Virus record (IMG/VR): IMGVR_UViG_3300028594_000059
Span: 1 to 25,167 of that record
Direction: 5' to 3' (one strand)
Origin: a virus
Lineage: Duplodnaviria > Caudoviricetes
Length of the DNA: 25,167 nucleotides
Shown: one piece after another, positions 1-8,628 of the stretch
Position numbering within the stretch: the stretch's first letter is position 1
Layout: each line of letters opens with the position of its first letter
Notes under the pieces: generated by a model
Database searches by the model: none
The model's input: the letters and a program-made list of their open reading frames with translations, nothing else
What the model was told of the DNA's origin: nothing
Position numbers and translations under genes: made by a program

Positions 1-5
1 AAGCG

Positions 6-566
6 ATGATATGGTTGTTTAGTTCTCTGGGAGTATTCTTTATTGGATTTATTATTGTTTTTGGGATAGCGATTAATTGGTTGTTTAGTCCGGCGGAAGT
101 AAGGACATCAGACGAACCTATTGAAGTTGACGATGGTTCATACAAAACATTCCCGGTTGATTTGGATGGGTTTGTGTCAAACTATACAACTATAAATGAA
201 TCGAATGTGGAAATGGATGACATTGTAGTTGAGGACAATGAGGTTGTTTTTAATTACGATCCAGACAATCGAATTACTTTCATCGGGGAATTGAATGATG
301 ATGGTTCGTTACGATTCGTTAAGCTGATTGATGAACTTACACAAGATCCAGACGATTTACTAATACATTATGAAAACATTTATACATCTTTAGAATTAGA
401 TAGCAACGAGGAAGTAACTGATATACTTTCCGCATCCTCCGATAACATCGAGAACGGTGAAGAACTATCTCATGTGTTTGATGCAGATGGTTATCAAGTT
501 AGTCTATCGTTTGATGGGGTGGATGGACATGATGGTGGAGTAGTGGTCAGCATCTTAGGTAACTGA
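6..566 (+). CDS. Membrane-anchored, highly acidic hypothetical protein (moron-like); may extend 5' beyond the window
   Basis: One hydrophobic N-terminal helix (LFSSLGVFFIGFIIVFGIAINWLF) followed by a D/E-rich domain; the frame is open at the window edge. Confidence 0.75.
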   Translation: MIWLFSSLGVFFIGFIIVFGIAINWLFSPAEVRTSDEPIEVDDGSYKTFPVDLDGFVSNYTTINESNVEMDDIVVEDNEVVFNYDPDNRITFIGELNDDGSLRFVKLIDELTQDPDDLLIHYENIYTSLELDSNEEVTDILSASSDNIENGEELSHVFDADGYQVSLSFDGVDGHDGGVVVSILGN

Positions 567-581
567 TGTGGAGGTGGTAGC

Positions 582-929
582 ATCAAGGTCAAACGCCCAT
601 GCAAACAGGTCGGCTGCCATCGACTTACAACAGAAGTTTACTGTGACAAACATCATAAAGATCGGTCTATTACCGATCGCTACTACAACAAATACAAACG
701 TGACCAAAGAGCGAATACGTTCTACCATTCCAAGGAGTGGCGGCGTGTTCGTTCTTATATTTATTCACGTGATGCGGGATTGTGTCAGTCTTGCTATCGT
801 CAGGGATATGTGAGGCGGGGGGAGATTGTTCACCATATCGAGGAGTTGAAAGACAGATGGGATCTTCGACTTGATTCTGATAACCTCGAAGTGATTTGCT
901 CCGATCATCATAACAAAATTCATGGGTAA
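582..929 (+). CDS. Phage packaging HNH endonuclease (HK97 gp74-like), 115 aa, apparent ATC start; absent from the ORF track
   Basis: Manual translation gives (I/M)KVKRPCKQVGCHRLT..YCDKH..FYHSKEWRRVR..RDAGLCQSC..IVHHIEEL..DNLEVICSDHHNKIHG*. SD GGAGGT lies at 570-575, 6 nt before ATC 582. In-frame TGA at 564-566 leaves no upstream ATG/GTG/TTG. Position directly before TerS fits. Confidence 0.9.
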   Translation: MKVKRPCKQVGCHRLTTEVYCDKHHKDRSITDRYYNKYKRDQRANTFYHSKEWRRVRSYIYSRDAGLCQSCYRQGYVRRGEIVHHIEELKDRWDLRLDSDNLEVICSDHHNKIHG

Positions 930-944
930 TTTTTCAAAATTACA

Positions 945-1000
945 CTCCCCCACCATCGGAAAATTTTCTGACAATTCGCTGGGGAGCGACGCGGGGGCAT
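945..1000 (+). other. Candidate cos (cohesive end) region
   Basis: Non-coding gap between HNH and TerS with a C-run (947-951) and the GC-rich GGGGAGCGACGCGGGGGC (981-998). This is the usual position of cos in HNH/P27-TerS phages. The cut site cannot be determined from sequence. Confidence 0.55.
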
Positions 1001-1048
1001 TCTGTATATAAATTCCGTTTTATAATCTTCATGAGAGGAGGTGGTCGC

Positions 1049-1519
1049 ATGGGACGAAAAGCTAAACCAGCATACCTGCAAGCTTTAGAAGGAAACAAGA
1101 GCAAGAAAAGCGCTGCCGAACTTCTTGAACGACATGAGAAAGAACAATCGCTGAAAGGTAACGCTGATGAAGTGCGTCCACCTTCTTGGATGAGGAACGA
1201 TGCAAAGAATATTTTCCGCGAGTTAGTTAAAGAACTTGAAACGGTGGATCTCATCTCCAATGTGGATGTAAACTCGCTGGCTCGATATAGCGAAACGATG
1301 AATGAGTATACGAATCGTATTGCTGAGAAAGAAGAACAGCCGTTTACGATTGACGGTAAAGCGAATACATTTTATTCTCATCTCCGAAAGCTTGAATCAG
1401 AGCTTAGAGCGATGGACACTGAGTTCGGTCTCTCTCCCTCTGCTAGAGCGAAGCTGGCGGTTCCGCAGAAAGAAAAGAAAGAGCTGACTGAGTTTGAGCA
1501 GAAGTTTGGGGATGTTTAA
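1049..1519 (+). CDS. terS: Terminase small subunit, P27 family
   Basis: MGRKAKP..L..LEGN, PPSW, and EFGLSPSARAKL motifs; SD GAGGAGGTGG before ATG 1049. Confidence 0.93.
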   Translation: MGRKAKPAYLQALEGNKSKKSAAELLERHEKEQSLKGNADEVRPPSWMRNDAKNIFRELVKELETVDLISNVDVNSLARYSETMNEYTNRIAEKEEQPFTIDGKANTFYSHLRKLESELRAMDTEFGLSPSARAKLAVPQKEKKELTEFEQKFGDV

Positions 1520-1537
1520 TATTATATAAGCGATCAG

Positions 1538-1573
1538 GCCCATGTTCCGTACGCGGACTGGGCTATTTTATTT
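1538..1573 (+). terminator. Putative intrinsic terminator after terS
   Basis: Interrupted stem GCCCA..TCCG-TACG-CGGA..TGGGC followed by TATTTTATTT. Confidence 0.55.
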
Positions 1574-1576
1574 ACA

Positions 1577-1604
1577 GCAGGACTTTTGACACTCCCTGCC
1601 GAAG
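1577..1604 (+). promoter_or_regulatory. SigH-like promoter of the terS-terL moron
   Basis: GCAGGA (1577-1582), 18 nt, GAAG (1601-1604), against the B. subtilis sigmaH consensus AGGA-N17-18-GAAT (one mismatch). Confidence 0.45.
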
Positions 1605-1635
1605 TGTGTTGTGGGGAAGGGGGTGTTTTTTAAAA

Positions 1636-1815
1636 ATGCCTGAAGGAAAAAACTTAACTAAATCAGAAATAGCATTGGAGTTGACAACTAAGTTTGCTGG
1701 AAATCTAAGGGTTAATGCAAATACTCACGAAGAAAGAAATCAAAAATTAGCTGAAGAAATAGGAAAGTTCTATGGGTTAATGTATGACGCAGTTGAAGAG
1801 AAGTTAAGTAGATAG
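1636..1815 (+). CDS. 59-aa hypothetical moron protein between terS and terL
   Basis: SD AAGGGGGTG before ATG 1636; AT-rich codon use; flanked by its own promoter-like site and terminator. Confidence 0.75.
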   Translation: MPEGKNLTKSEIALELTTKFAGNLRVNANTHEERNQKLAEEIGKFYGLMYDAVEEKLSR

Positions 1816-1821
1816 TTACAT

Positions 1822-1854
1822 AAAGCATTCTCCATTCGGAGGGTGCTTTCTCTT
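1822..1854 (+). terminator. Intrinsic terminator of the moron
   Basis: AAAGCATTCTCC-ATTC-GGAGGGTGCTTT 12-bp stem (one G-U pair) followed by CTCTT. Confidence 0.7.
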
Positions 1855-1876
1855 ATGATTTAAGGGAGGGTGAAGC

Positions 1877-3571
1877 TTGCTCAAAGAATGGCTAATCCAA
1901 TACAGCAAGGACGTGTTGAATGATGAAGTAGTTTCATGTGTGAAGCATAAGCAAGCCTGCCAGCGATTCTTAAACGATCTTGAAAATGAAGGAACAGATA
2001 ATTTCCCGTACATCTTCGACGAAGCCAAAGCGCTTCGTTTTTTTGATTGGATGAGATTATTTAAGCATCGTAAAGGCGTTTTGCAAGGTCAACATATTGA
2101 GCCTGCGCCTATCCAGTTGTTTGTCTTCAGTAATGTTTACGGATGGATTCATAAAGACACAGGTTATAGGCGATTCAAAAAAGCGTATTGGCAAGTTGCT
2201 CGTAAAAATGCTAAGTCCCAAACATTGGCGGTGGTCGGCTCATATGAAGCTTCTGCTTTTGGAGAGTCAGCAGCAGAAGTGTATTGTGCCGCTACCCGCA
2301 AGGAACAGGCTAGAATAGTTTGGAACGAGATTGATAAAATGATTAAAGCTTCACCGGAGCTTAAAGATAAGTTTAAAACAGCGTATGGGCAGATTGAGCA
2401 CATTAAAAGTGATTCAATTATACGTCCTTTATCCAAGGAAGATCAGAAAAGCGGAGACGGGTTCGACCCCCAGTGTGGGATTATTGATGAGTACCATTTG
2501 CATAAGACATCTGAATACTATGATGTGATTGACAGCGGGATGGTCTCAAGGACACAACCTTTGTTAATGATCATTACAACGGCAGGATTTGACCTGAGTT
2601 TACCTTGTTACCGCGTGGAATATAAATATGTCTCAGATATACTGAATACGAACAGTCCAATCGAAAATGAAAACTATTTTGTCATGATTAATGAGTTGGA
2701 CGAAGGCGATGACATAAAGGATGAGAGTGTCTGGGAGAAAGCTAATCCTATTGTTTGCTCATACCCTGAGGGAAGAAAAAGCATACGAGATAAATTACAG
2801 GTAGCGCTCGACGTTCCCGAAAAAATGCGTAACTTCTTAACTAAAAACATGAACATCTGGATTAACCGCCGCGAGAACGGATATATGGATATGTCCAAGT
2901 GGTCTGCATGTGAACCGGTTCCAGATGAAGAATTACGCGGACGCCACTGCTATGTCGGTGTGGACTTGTCAAAGCGGGTAGACCTTACATCGGTTGCGTT
3001 CATTTTTCCGCTCGATGATGGATGGGCAATCCGGCATAAGTCGTTTATTCCAGAAGATGCATTGCAAGAACGTAAAAACAGCGACAACGTGCCATATGAT
3101 CTGTGGGAGAAACAGGGATACCTTGCAGCCACATCTGGAAATGTAGTGGATTATGAACATATCGAAGTGGAGATTGAACGGATGGCGAAGCAAAACGATT
3201 GGACCATCCAAGAAATCTGCTATGACCCGTGGAATTTCAGCTATATTCATCAGCGTATGGAGAACAAGGGCTATGACATGGTGGAAATCCGGCAAGGCAT
3301 TCCTACACTGGGAGAGCCGACGAAAGCGTTTAGGGATGAAACGTATGATGGAAACATTTATCACAATGATGATCCGCTCCTAACGTGGGCGGTAGGTAAT
3401 GCTGTGACTAAAATGGATGCGCAGGAAAATATTATGCTGGATAAATCAAAGTCATCAGATCGCATCGACCCGATTGCGGCAGTGATTAATGGGTTTACAC
3501 GGGCGATGTATGATGAGTTTGTTGTGAAAGATCTGAGTGCTCACTTTTTAAGTGATGATTGGGGGTTGTAA
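1877..3571 (+). CDS. terL: Terminase large subunit
   Basis: Walker A VARKNAKS, Walker B GIIDEYH, IITTAG coupling motif, nuclease motifs GVDLSKRVDLTS and RIDPIAA; TTG start behind SD GGGAGGGTGA. Confidence 0.97.
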   Translation: MLKEWLIQYSKDVLNDEVVSCVKHKQACQRFLNDLENEGTDNFPYIFDEAKALRFFDWMRLFKHRKGVLQGQHIEPAPIQLFVFSNVYGWIHKDTGYRRFKKAYWQVARKNAKSQTLAVVGSYEASAFGESAAEVYCAATRKEQARIVWNEIDKMIKASPELKDKFKTAYGQIEHIKSDSIIRPLSKEDQKSGDGFDPQCGIIDEYHLHKTSEYYDVIDSGMVSRTQPLLMIITTAGFDLSLPCYRVEYKYVSDILNTNSPIENENYFVMINELDEGDDIKDESVWEKANPIVCSYPEGRKSIRDKLQVALDVPEKMRNFLTKNMNIWINRRENGYMDMSKWSACEPVPDEELRGRHCYVGVDLSKRVDLTSVAFIFPLDDGWAIRHKSFIPEDALQERKNSDNVPYDLWEKQGYLAATSGNVVDYEHIEVEIERMAKQNDWTIQEICYDPWNFSYIHQRMENKGYDMVEIRQGIPTLGEPTKAFRDETYDGNIYHNDDPLLTWAVGNAVTKMDAQENIMLDKSKSSDRIDPIAAVINGFTRAMYDEFVVKDLSAHFLSDDWGL

Positions 3572-3572
3572 T

Positions 3573-3788
3573 TTGGCGAAAAAACTAAATGAACTGATGC
3601 ACGCATTCCTCTCACGGTGGTTGGAGGATCTTTTAATTTTTGCGGGTGTTTTAATTTTGATTCTAAATACGTACTTTATCAGCGTGATTCATTGGAATAT
3701 AACGATTGGTAATTATTTAACTGCAATCATACTGATTATCTCTGGATTGTTCCTGGCAAGGCATCAAGGGAGTGATGACAGGAGGTGA
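3573..3788 (+). CDS. Small two-TM membrane protein between TerL and portal
   Basis: Two hydrophobic segments; typical position in this phage type; TTG 3573 preferred because it follows GGGGG and the terL stop. Confidence 0.75.
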   Translation: MAKKLNELMHAFLSRWLEDLLIFAGVLILILNTYFISVIHWNITIGNYLTAIILIISGLFLARHQGSDDRR

Positions 3789-3804
3789 TAGGGGGTGATA
3801 ATCC

Positions 3805-5040
3805 GTGATTTTCAGAAACGCATTAAGTAGCGGAGTAACTAATCCAGAAGAGTGGTTCGTCGACTTGCTTGGAGGTAGCAACCGCGCATCATCCGGTGAG
3901 GATGTAACGGTAAAGTCAGCGGTTAATGTACCGACGGTCTATACCTGTGTGGACATACTAGCTTCCAGTATTGCAACCATGCCGTTTCAGACATTCCGGC
4001 GAACGGAGAGTGGTAGGGAGAGGGAACATGCGCATGTAGTTCCGAGGTTGATGGAGGTGCGACCGAACCCATACCAGTCCCCGTTTACATTTAAGCACTT
4101 AGCTGAAACGCATCGCAATCTGTGGGGGAACGCTTATATCAACGTGAAGTGGCGACCGGACGGGCTTCCTAAAGAGTTGTGGTTGCTGGATCCTTCAGTG
4201 ACTGAACCCGTTCTGGATGTACAGACTGGTCAACTGTGGTATCAAACAGTGCTTCCTGACGGTGAACACAAGTATCTTCAACATGTGGACGTAATCCACC
4301 TCCACACGATGAGCCTAGATGGTCTTAAAGGAAAAACACCGATTCAAGCTGCACGTGAAGCGATTGGAAGCTCTCAGGCGGCGCAGAAGTTCAAGGGGAA
4401 GTTTTTCAGTAATGGAGCGACAACCAGCGGAGCTTTGAAAGCTAGTGGTCAATTGAATCGTGAGGCAAAAAAGAAAATACGTGAAGAATGGGAGCATATG
4501 ACCGCCGGCTTAGATAACGCTGAGCGCATTGCCATCCTTGACGCTGGCTTAGAGTGGCAGGACATTGGAATGCCACTCCGAGATGCTCAATTTATTGAGG
4601 GAATGAAGTTTGATAAAAGTGAGATTGCAAATATCTATCACATTCCATTACACATGATCAATGAATTGGATCGCTCCACTCACTCTAATATTGAGCAGCA
4701 GGCGCTGGATTTCATCCAGAACACATTGCAGCCAATTGTGGTTCAGTACGAGGAAGAATTTACGTATAAGCTGTTTACTGAACCAGAGTTAGCGCGATTT
4801 TATCTCAAGGCTAATATTCAAAGTCTCCTGCGGGCAGATAGTACAAGCCGTGCGAATTTCTATCAGACAATGATCGAGATTGGTGCGTTGTCGATCAACG
4901 AAGTCCGAGCACTCGAAGAGATGAACGCCATCGAGGGCGGCGACCAGCACCGTGTGGATCTGAACCACGTAGACATACGGATTGCGGAAGAGTATCAGCT
5001 CGCACGCGCTCGACGACTTGAAGGGGGTGACGATGAGTGA
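3805..5040 (+). CDS. Portal protein, HK97 family
   Basis: VYTCVDILASSIA, RPNPYQS, LWGNAY, DGLKGKTPI, IANIYHIP, SNIEQQ and SINEVRALE..IEGGD motifs. Confidence 0.97.
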   Translation: MIFRNALSSGVTNPEEWFVDLLGGSNRASSGEDVTVKSAVNVPTVYTCVDILASSIATMPFQTFRRTESGREREHAHVVPRLMEVRPNPYQSPFTFKHLAETHRNLWGNAYINVKWRPDGLPKELWLLDPSVTEPVLDVQTGQLWYQTVLPDGEHKYLQHVDVIHLHTMSLDGLKGKTPIQAAREAIGSSQAAQKFKGKFFSNGATTSGALKASGQLNREAKKKIREEWEHMTAGLDNAERIAILDAGLEWQDIGMPLRDAQFIEGMKFDKSEIANIYHIPLHMINELDRSTHSNIEQQALDFIQNTLQPIVVQYEEEFTYKLFTEPELARFYLKANIQSLLRADSTSRANFYQTMIEIGALSINEVRALEEMNAIEGGDQHRVDLNHVDIRIAEEYQLARARRLEGGDDE

Positions 5041-5750
5041 ACCTGAAGTTTTTGGAAATTAAGAATCAAAGCCACGACTCCGCGGATATTTACTTTTACG
5101 GAGATATTATGCCGAGCGAGTGGGGAGCATGGGAAGATGGCGATACCTACCCAGGAATGGTACGAGATTGGCTGAAAGATGTTGAGGATGTCGGTAATTT
5201 AAACATCTATATCAACTCTGGCGGCGGTTCCGTATTCGCGGGCATTGCGATCTATAACATGCTAAAACGACACAAAGGACATAAAACAGTCTATGTAGAC
5301 GGCCTTGCCGCATCCATCGCAAGCGTGATTGCACTTGCGGGTGATCGAGTGGTTGTCCCTTCAAACTCGTTTTTCATGATCCACAAACCGTGGACAATTG
5401 CCATTGGTGACTCGAATGATTTTCTGAAAATGGCTGAGGATCTTGAACAGTTTGAGAAGGGTATCCTGAATGTCTATGAAGAAAATCTAGTCGAAGGCGC
5501 GTCCATGGATGAAGTGAAAGCAATGGTGAACGCGGAAACATGGCTCACCGGAGAAGAAGCCGCTCAATATTTTAATATCGAGGTTGGAGAAGAAAACACA
5601 ATTGCCGCAAGTGCTAGTGATTTCTTTGAGAAATATAAAAAAGTGCCGGATGCCGTTGTCGAGGACAAACAACCACCTGACGATGAGCCGGCAGACGATG
5701 ACGATTGGAAATTTGATATGCAATTGAAGTTAGATCTACTAAAATCGTAG
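5037..5750 (+). CDS. ClpP-type prohead protease
   Basis: INSGGGSVFAG, GLAASIASVI (catalytic Ser), MIHKPW (His) and ETWLTGEEA motifs. Confidence 0.95.
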   Translation: MNLKFLEIKNQSHDSADIYFYGDIMPSEWGAWEDGDTYPGMVRDWLKDVEDVGNLNIYINSGGGSVFAGIAIYNMLKRHKGHKTVYVDGLAASIASVIALAGDRVVVPSNSFFMIHKPWTIAIGDSNDFLKMAEDLEQFEKGILNVYEENLVEGASMDEVKAMVNAETWLTGEEAAQYFNIEVGEENTIAASASDFFEKYKKVPDAVVEDKQPPDDEPADDDDWKFDMQLKLDLLKS

Positions 5751-5761
5751 GTCTATTTTTT
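5731..5761 (+). terminator. Terminator-like hairpin between protease and capsid genes
   Basis: TAGATCTAC-TAAAATC-GTAGGTCTA followed by TTTTTT. Confidence 0.6.
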
Positions 5762-5794
5762 ATGCTTAAATTTTATAAAAGGAGCGATGTGAAC

Positions 5795-6994
5795 ATGCAT
5801 CCAGAAGAACGAGAGTTACGACAAGCAATTGCCGCGCTTCGTGAAGAAGCTCAGGCATTTATTGATGAAGGTAAGCAGGATGAGGCACAGGCGAAGATTG
5901 AGGAAGCGCAGGCGAAGCGGAAAGAGCTTGATAATGTATTGGCGTTGAAGGATACGAATCTACCCCCTGTGGATGATAAGGGCGGTAAAGCAACTAACCC
6001 TGAACCATCTAACTATAAAGATGTATTCTTGAAAGCCATCCGTGGCGGTAAAATCACGCAAGAAGATCAAGAAGTCATTGACGAAGAAATCCGCAATGCT
6101 ATGACGGGGTCCGAACCTGAAAAAGGCGGACTTATTATCCCGCAAGATATTTCAACCATGATCAATGAGTTTCGTCGCCAATTTAACACGTTGCAGCAGT
6201 ACGTAACAACGGAGACTGTCTCCACTCGTAGTGGTAGCCGGGTACTTGAACGGTTATCCACGATGACACCGCTTGAAAATATCAGTGATGAAATGGATCC
6301 GATCAATGATGTGGATGGTCCAGAGTTTCAGGATATGGAATACAGCATCAGTGACTTTGCGGGTATCCTTACGATCTCACGGACGTTGCTTGCTGACACG
6401 GATCAGAACTTGATGAGTTACATTGCGCGTTGGATTGGAAAGAAGTCTGGCGTTACCCGTAACCAATTAATTTTGAACGAGCTGGATGAATTGGACAAGG
6501 TGGATCTCTCTGATGTTGACGCAATCAAGGACACGTTAAATGTGACGCTTGATCCAGCGATCTCTCAGACATCAAGTATCACTACCAACCAAGACGGGTT
6601 TAACTATCTCGACAAGTTGAAAGATGGAGATGGTAACTATCTATTACAGCCTGATCCTACCAATCCTACACAGCGTTTGCTGTTCGGTAAGCCTGTAGTG
6701 GTCATCTCTAATCAATATTTCGCCACGGATGGAAGCAACGCACCATTTATTATCGGCGACCTTGCTGAGGCTGTAGTGTTCTTTGATCGTCAAACGTATT
6801 CGATTGATACATCCGATACTGCGGATGACGCTTTTCGTCGTAACCAAACCAAGCTACGCTTCATTGAGCGTGAAGATGTGCGCTTGTGGGATGATGAAGC
6901 GGTTGTTTATGGTCAGTTGAATATTGACGGTAATGGCAATGGTGGCGGAGATGCGGCCGGGGCATCCACAGCGTCAGCTACAAAGAAGAAGTAG
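5795..6994 (+). CDS. Major capsid protein, HK97 fold with N-terminal scaffold coiled coil
   Basis: GGLIIPQDI, TNQDGFNYLDKLKDGDGNYLLQPDP, LFGKPV and IIGDL motifs; SD AAGGAG before ATG 5795. Confidence 0.96.
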   Translation: MHPEERELRQAIAALREEAQAFIDEGKQDEAQAKIEEAQAKRKELDNVLALKDTNLPPVDDKGGKATNPEPSNYKDVFLKAIRGGKITQEDQEVIDEEIRNAMTGSEPEKGGLIIPQDISTMINEFRRQFNTLQQYVTTETVSTRSGSRVLERLSTMTPLENISDEMDPINDVDGPEFQDMEYSISDFAGILTISRTLLADTDQNLMSYIARWIGKKSGVTRNQLILNELDELDKVDLSDVDAIKDTLNVTLDPAISQTSSITTNQDGFNYLDKLKDGDGNYLLQPDPTNPTQRLLFGKPVVVISNQYFATDGSNAPFIIGDLAEAVVFFDRQTYSIDTSDTADDAFRRNQTKLRFIEREDVRLWDDEAVVYGQLNIDGNGNGGGDAAGASTASATKKK

Positions 6995-7007
6995 GGTGGT
7001 GAAATAG

Positions 7008-7331
7008 ATGGCTAAGTATCGTCTTTCAGATAACTATTGGGAAGATGGCGGCAATCGTTTAGTTATCGGAGGAGAATTAAATGTTGTTGGTGACGGCAAG
7101 CTTCTTCGGGACGGTGAGGAGTTTGAAGGTGGTGGTCAAGGGCCGCGGGGGCCAGAAGGCCCTGAAGGTCCGCAGGGGGAGCAAGGACCCGAAGGCCCTC
7201 AAGGCCCTGCCGGTGCTGATGGACAAGATGGCGAGCAAGGACCTCCGGGGGCCGACGGTTCAGATGCCGAAAACCCATTCACTCCCGAAGAAGTCACAGC
7301 ATTGAAAGCTTTGGTGGCTGAGGATGGTTAA
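7008..7331 (+). CDS. Putative head fibre/decoration protein with collagen-like segment
   Basis: N-terminus NY.E.GG..LVIGGEL resembles head-fibre proteins found after capsid genes; followed by 15 consecutive Gly-X-Y triplets (GGQ GPR GPE ... GSD). Confidence 0.75.
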   Translation: MAKYRLSDNYWEDGGNRLVIGGELNVVGDGKLLRDGEEFEGGGQGPRGPEGPEGPQGEQGPEGPQGPAGADGQDGEQGPPGADGSDAENPFTPEEVTALKALVAEDG

Positions 7332-7623
7332 TCTTCTTGAGGAATGCAAACACGCTCTCCGGTTGGATGGTGATGAAGAAGATGTATTCATTGAGAGTTT
7401 GATAGAGTCATCGAAAATCGTCGTCCAACAAGCTACGGGGCAAGAAGTAGATGAGAATAACCATTTTCACCGCCTGATTGTTCGGGTTCTCGTAGTTCAA
7501 TTCCACATGAACCCTGAGCTTTTGAAGGTTGGTTCCTCTGTGGATGATTTATCATTTTCGGTTGGACACTTATTACAGCAAATGAAATACTGCCCACCTG
7601 AACAAGAAGGTGAACCGCCATGA
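7324..7623 (+). CDS. Head-tail connector (HK97 gp6-like)
   Basis: LEECKHALRLDGDEEDVFIESLI motif and position. Confidence 0.88.
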   Translation: MVNLLEECKHALRLDGDEEDVFIESLIESSKIVVQQATGQEVDENNHFHRLIVRVLVVQFHMNPELLKVGSSVDDLSFSVGHLLQQMKYCPPEQEGEPP

Positions 7624-7940
7624 GAATAGGAGAAATGACTGATCGAATCACATTCCAAGAGTTTCAAGAATGGCGGGACGAGTACGATTTCCCACATGAG
7701 GATTGGGTGGATGTGAAATCCGTCTGGTCGAGAGTTGAAACCGTAAGCGGTCGACGTTTTTATGAAGCAGCGGCTGTTCAGATGGAGCAGAATAAAACAT
7801 TTCATATTCGCTATCACAAGGACCTTCATGATCGCATGAGGGTTCTTTTTCGTGGCGATAAATATGAAATTCAATCGCTCATGAATGATGACGAAAAGAA
7901 CGTGTCTATGACGGTGGTAGTAAAGAAGGTGGAAGCATGA
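7620..7940 (+). CDS. Head closure protein (SPP1 gp16-like)
   Basis: MRIGEMTDRITFQ, W..V..VSGR, FHIRY and MRV.F.G.KYEI motifs. Confidence 0.9.
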   Translation: MRIGEMTDRITFQEFQEWRDEYDFPHEDWVDVKSVWSRVETVSGRRFYEAAAVQMEQNKTFHIRYHKDLHDRMRVLFRGDKYEIQSLMNDDEKNVSMTVVVKKVEA

Positions 7941-8302
7941 GAATGAATCTGGAAGGTATGGACGAGCTTCTCTCCCGTGTGGAAGATATGGGTCAGAGAG
8001 TAGAAGGTGACGTTCGTACACGCGCGATCCGTGCCGGAGCTGAACGATTACAGCAAGCGGTGTCTGAACAGGCTCCCCGCGGCACGGTCGGCAATGAGCG
8101 TATTGCAGATAACATCATCATCCAAGAGCGGGATGACAGGATGAGCGTGGGGCCATCAGAGAGGTTTCATTATGGGTTTTTCCTAGAATTTGGTACTTCT
8201 AAAATGTCAGCCCAGCCATTTCTTTCTCCCGCATTTGAGAACAACCGCGTTCTGATCATTCAAGATATGGGAGATGTGCTTAGAAGGGAGTTCGGACTAT
8301 GA
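7937..8302 (+). CDS. HK97 gp10-like tail completion protein
   Basis: YGFFLEFGTSKMSAQPFLSPA motif. Confidence 0.92.
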   Translation: MRMNLEGMDELLSRVEDMGQRVEGDVRTRAIRAGAERLQQAVSEQAPRGTVGNERIADNIIIQERDDRMSVGPSERFHYGFFLEFGTSKMSAQPFLSPAFENNRVLIIQDMGDVLRREFGL

Positions 8303-8628
8303 GACTCATGATCAATGAACTTACGTCCGATCTCTCTGCTCCCGTCTATTGGATGCGATCAAACAGCAACCCTCCCGAAACTTATGTGACTTGGTTTGAA
8401 TACAACCAACGCGGCGAAGCGTCGTGGGAGGACAAGGAGCAAGTCACCTTCTACGCGTTTCAATTCGACGTGTGGAGTAGCGGAAACTATATCCCTGTGG
8501 TGGATGAATTGCGGGAAGTGCTCACTGATGCTGGATTCACTCGAACGTTTGAACAAGAGACATACGAAGATGATACAGATTTATTCCGAAAGATTATGAG
8601 GTTTCACTATTACAAGGAGTTGATATAA
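8299..8628 (+). CDS. Tail terminator/completion protein
   Basis: Size, position before the MTP, and FQFDVWS..L..AGF.R..YE.DT pattern. Confidence 0.8.
   Translation: MRLMINELTSDLSAPVYWMRSNSNPPETYVTWFEYNQRGEASWEDKEQVTFYAFQFDVWSSGNYIPVVDELREVLTDAGFTRTFEQETYEDDTDLFRKIMRFHYYKELI

Noticed and set aside
564-582. ORF 6..566 and the HNH gene share a frame separated by one TGA, suggesting read-through fusion
   Set aside because: A membrane protein fused to a packaging HNH makes little sense, and the HNH gene has its own well-spaced SD.
660-678. Perfect 7-bp inverted repeat GATCGGT/ACCGATC
   Set aside because: Short, inside coding sequence and with no U-tract; compatible with chance.
568-813. Track ORF of 81 aa (MEVVASRS..)
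   Set aside because: Shadow frame over the real HNH gene (582-929), which has full motif support.
3781-3800. Tandem GGAGGTGATA/GGGGGTGATA repeat before the portal gene
   Set aside because: Best explained as a duplicated SD left by a gene junction; no other copies were seen.
6960-7010. Frameshift or read-through from the capsid into the collagen-like gene
   Set aside because: No slippery motif at the capsid end, and the downstream gene has its own SD and ATG.
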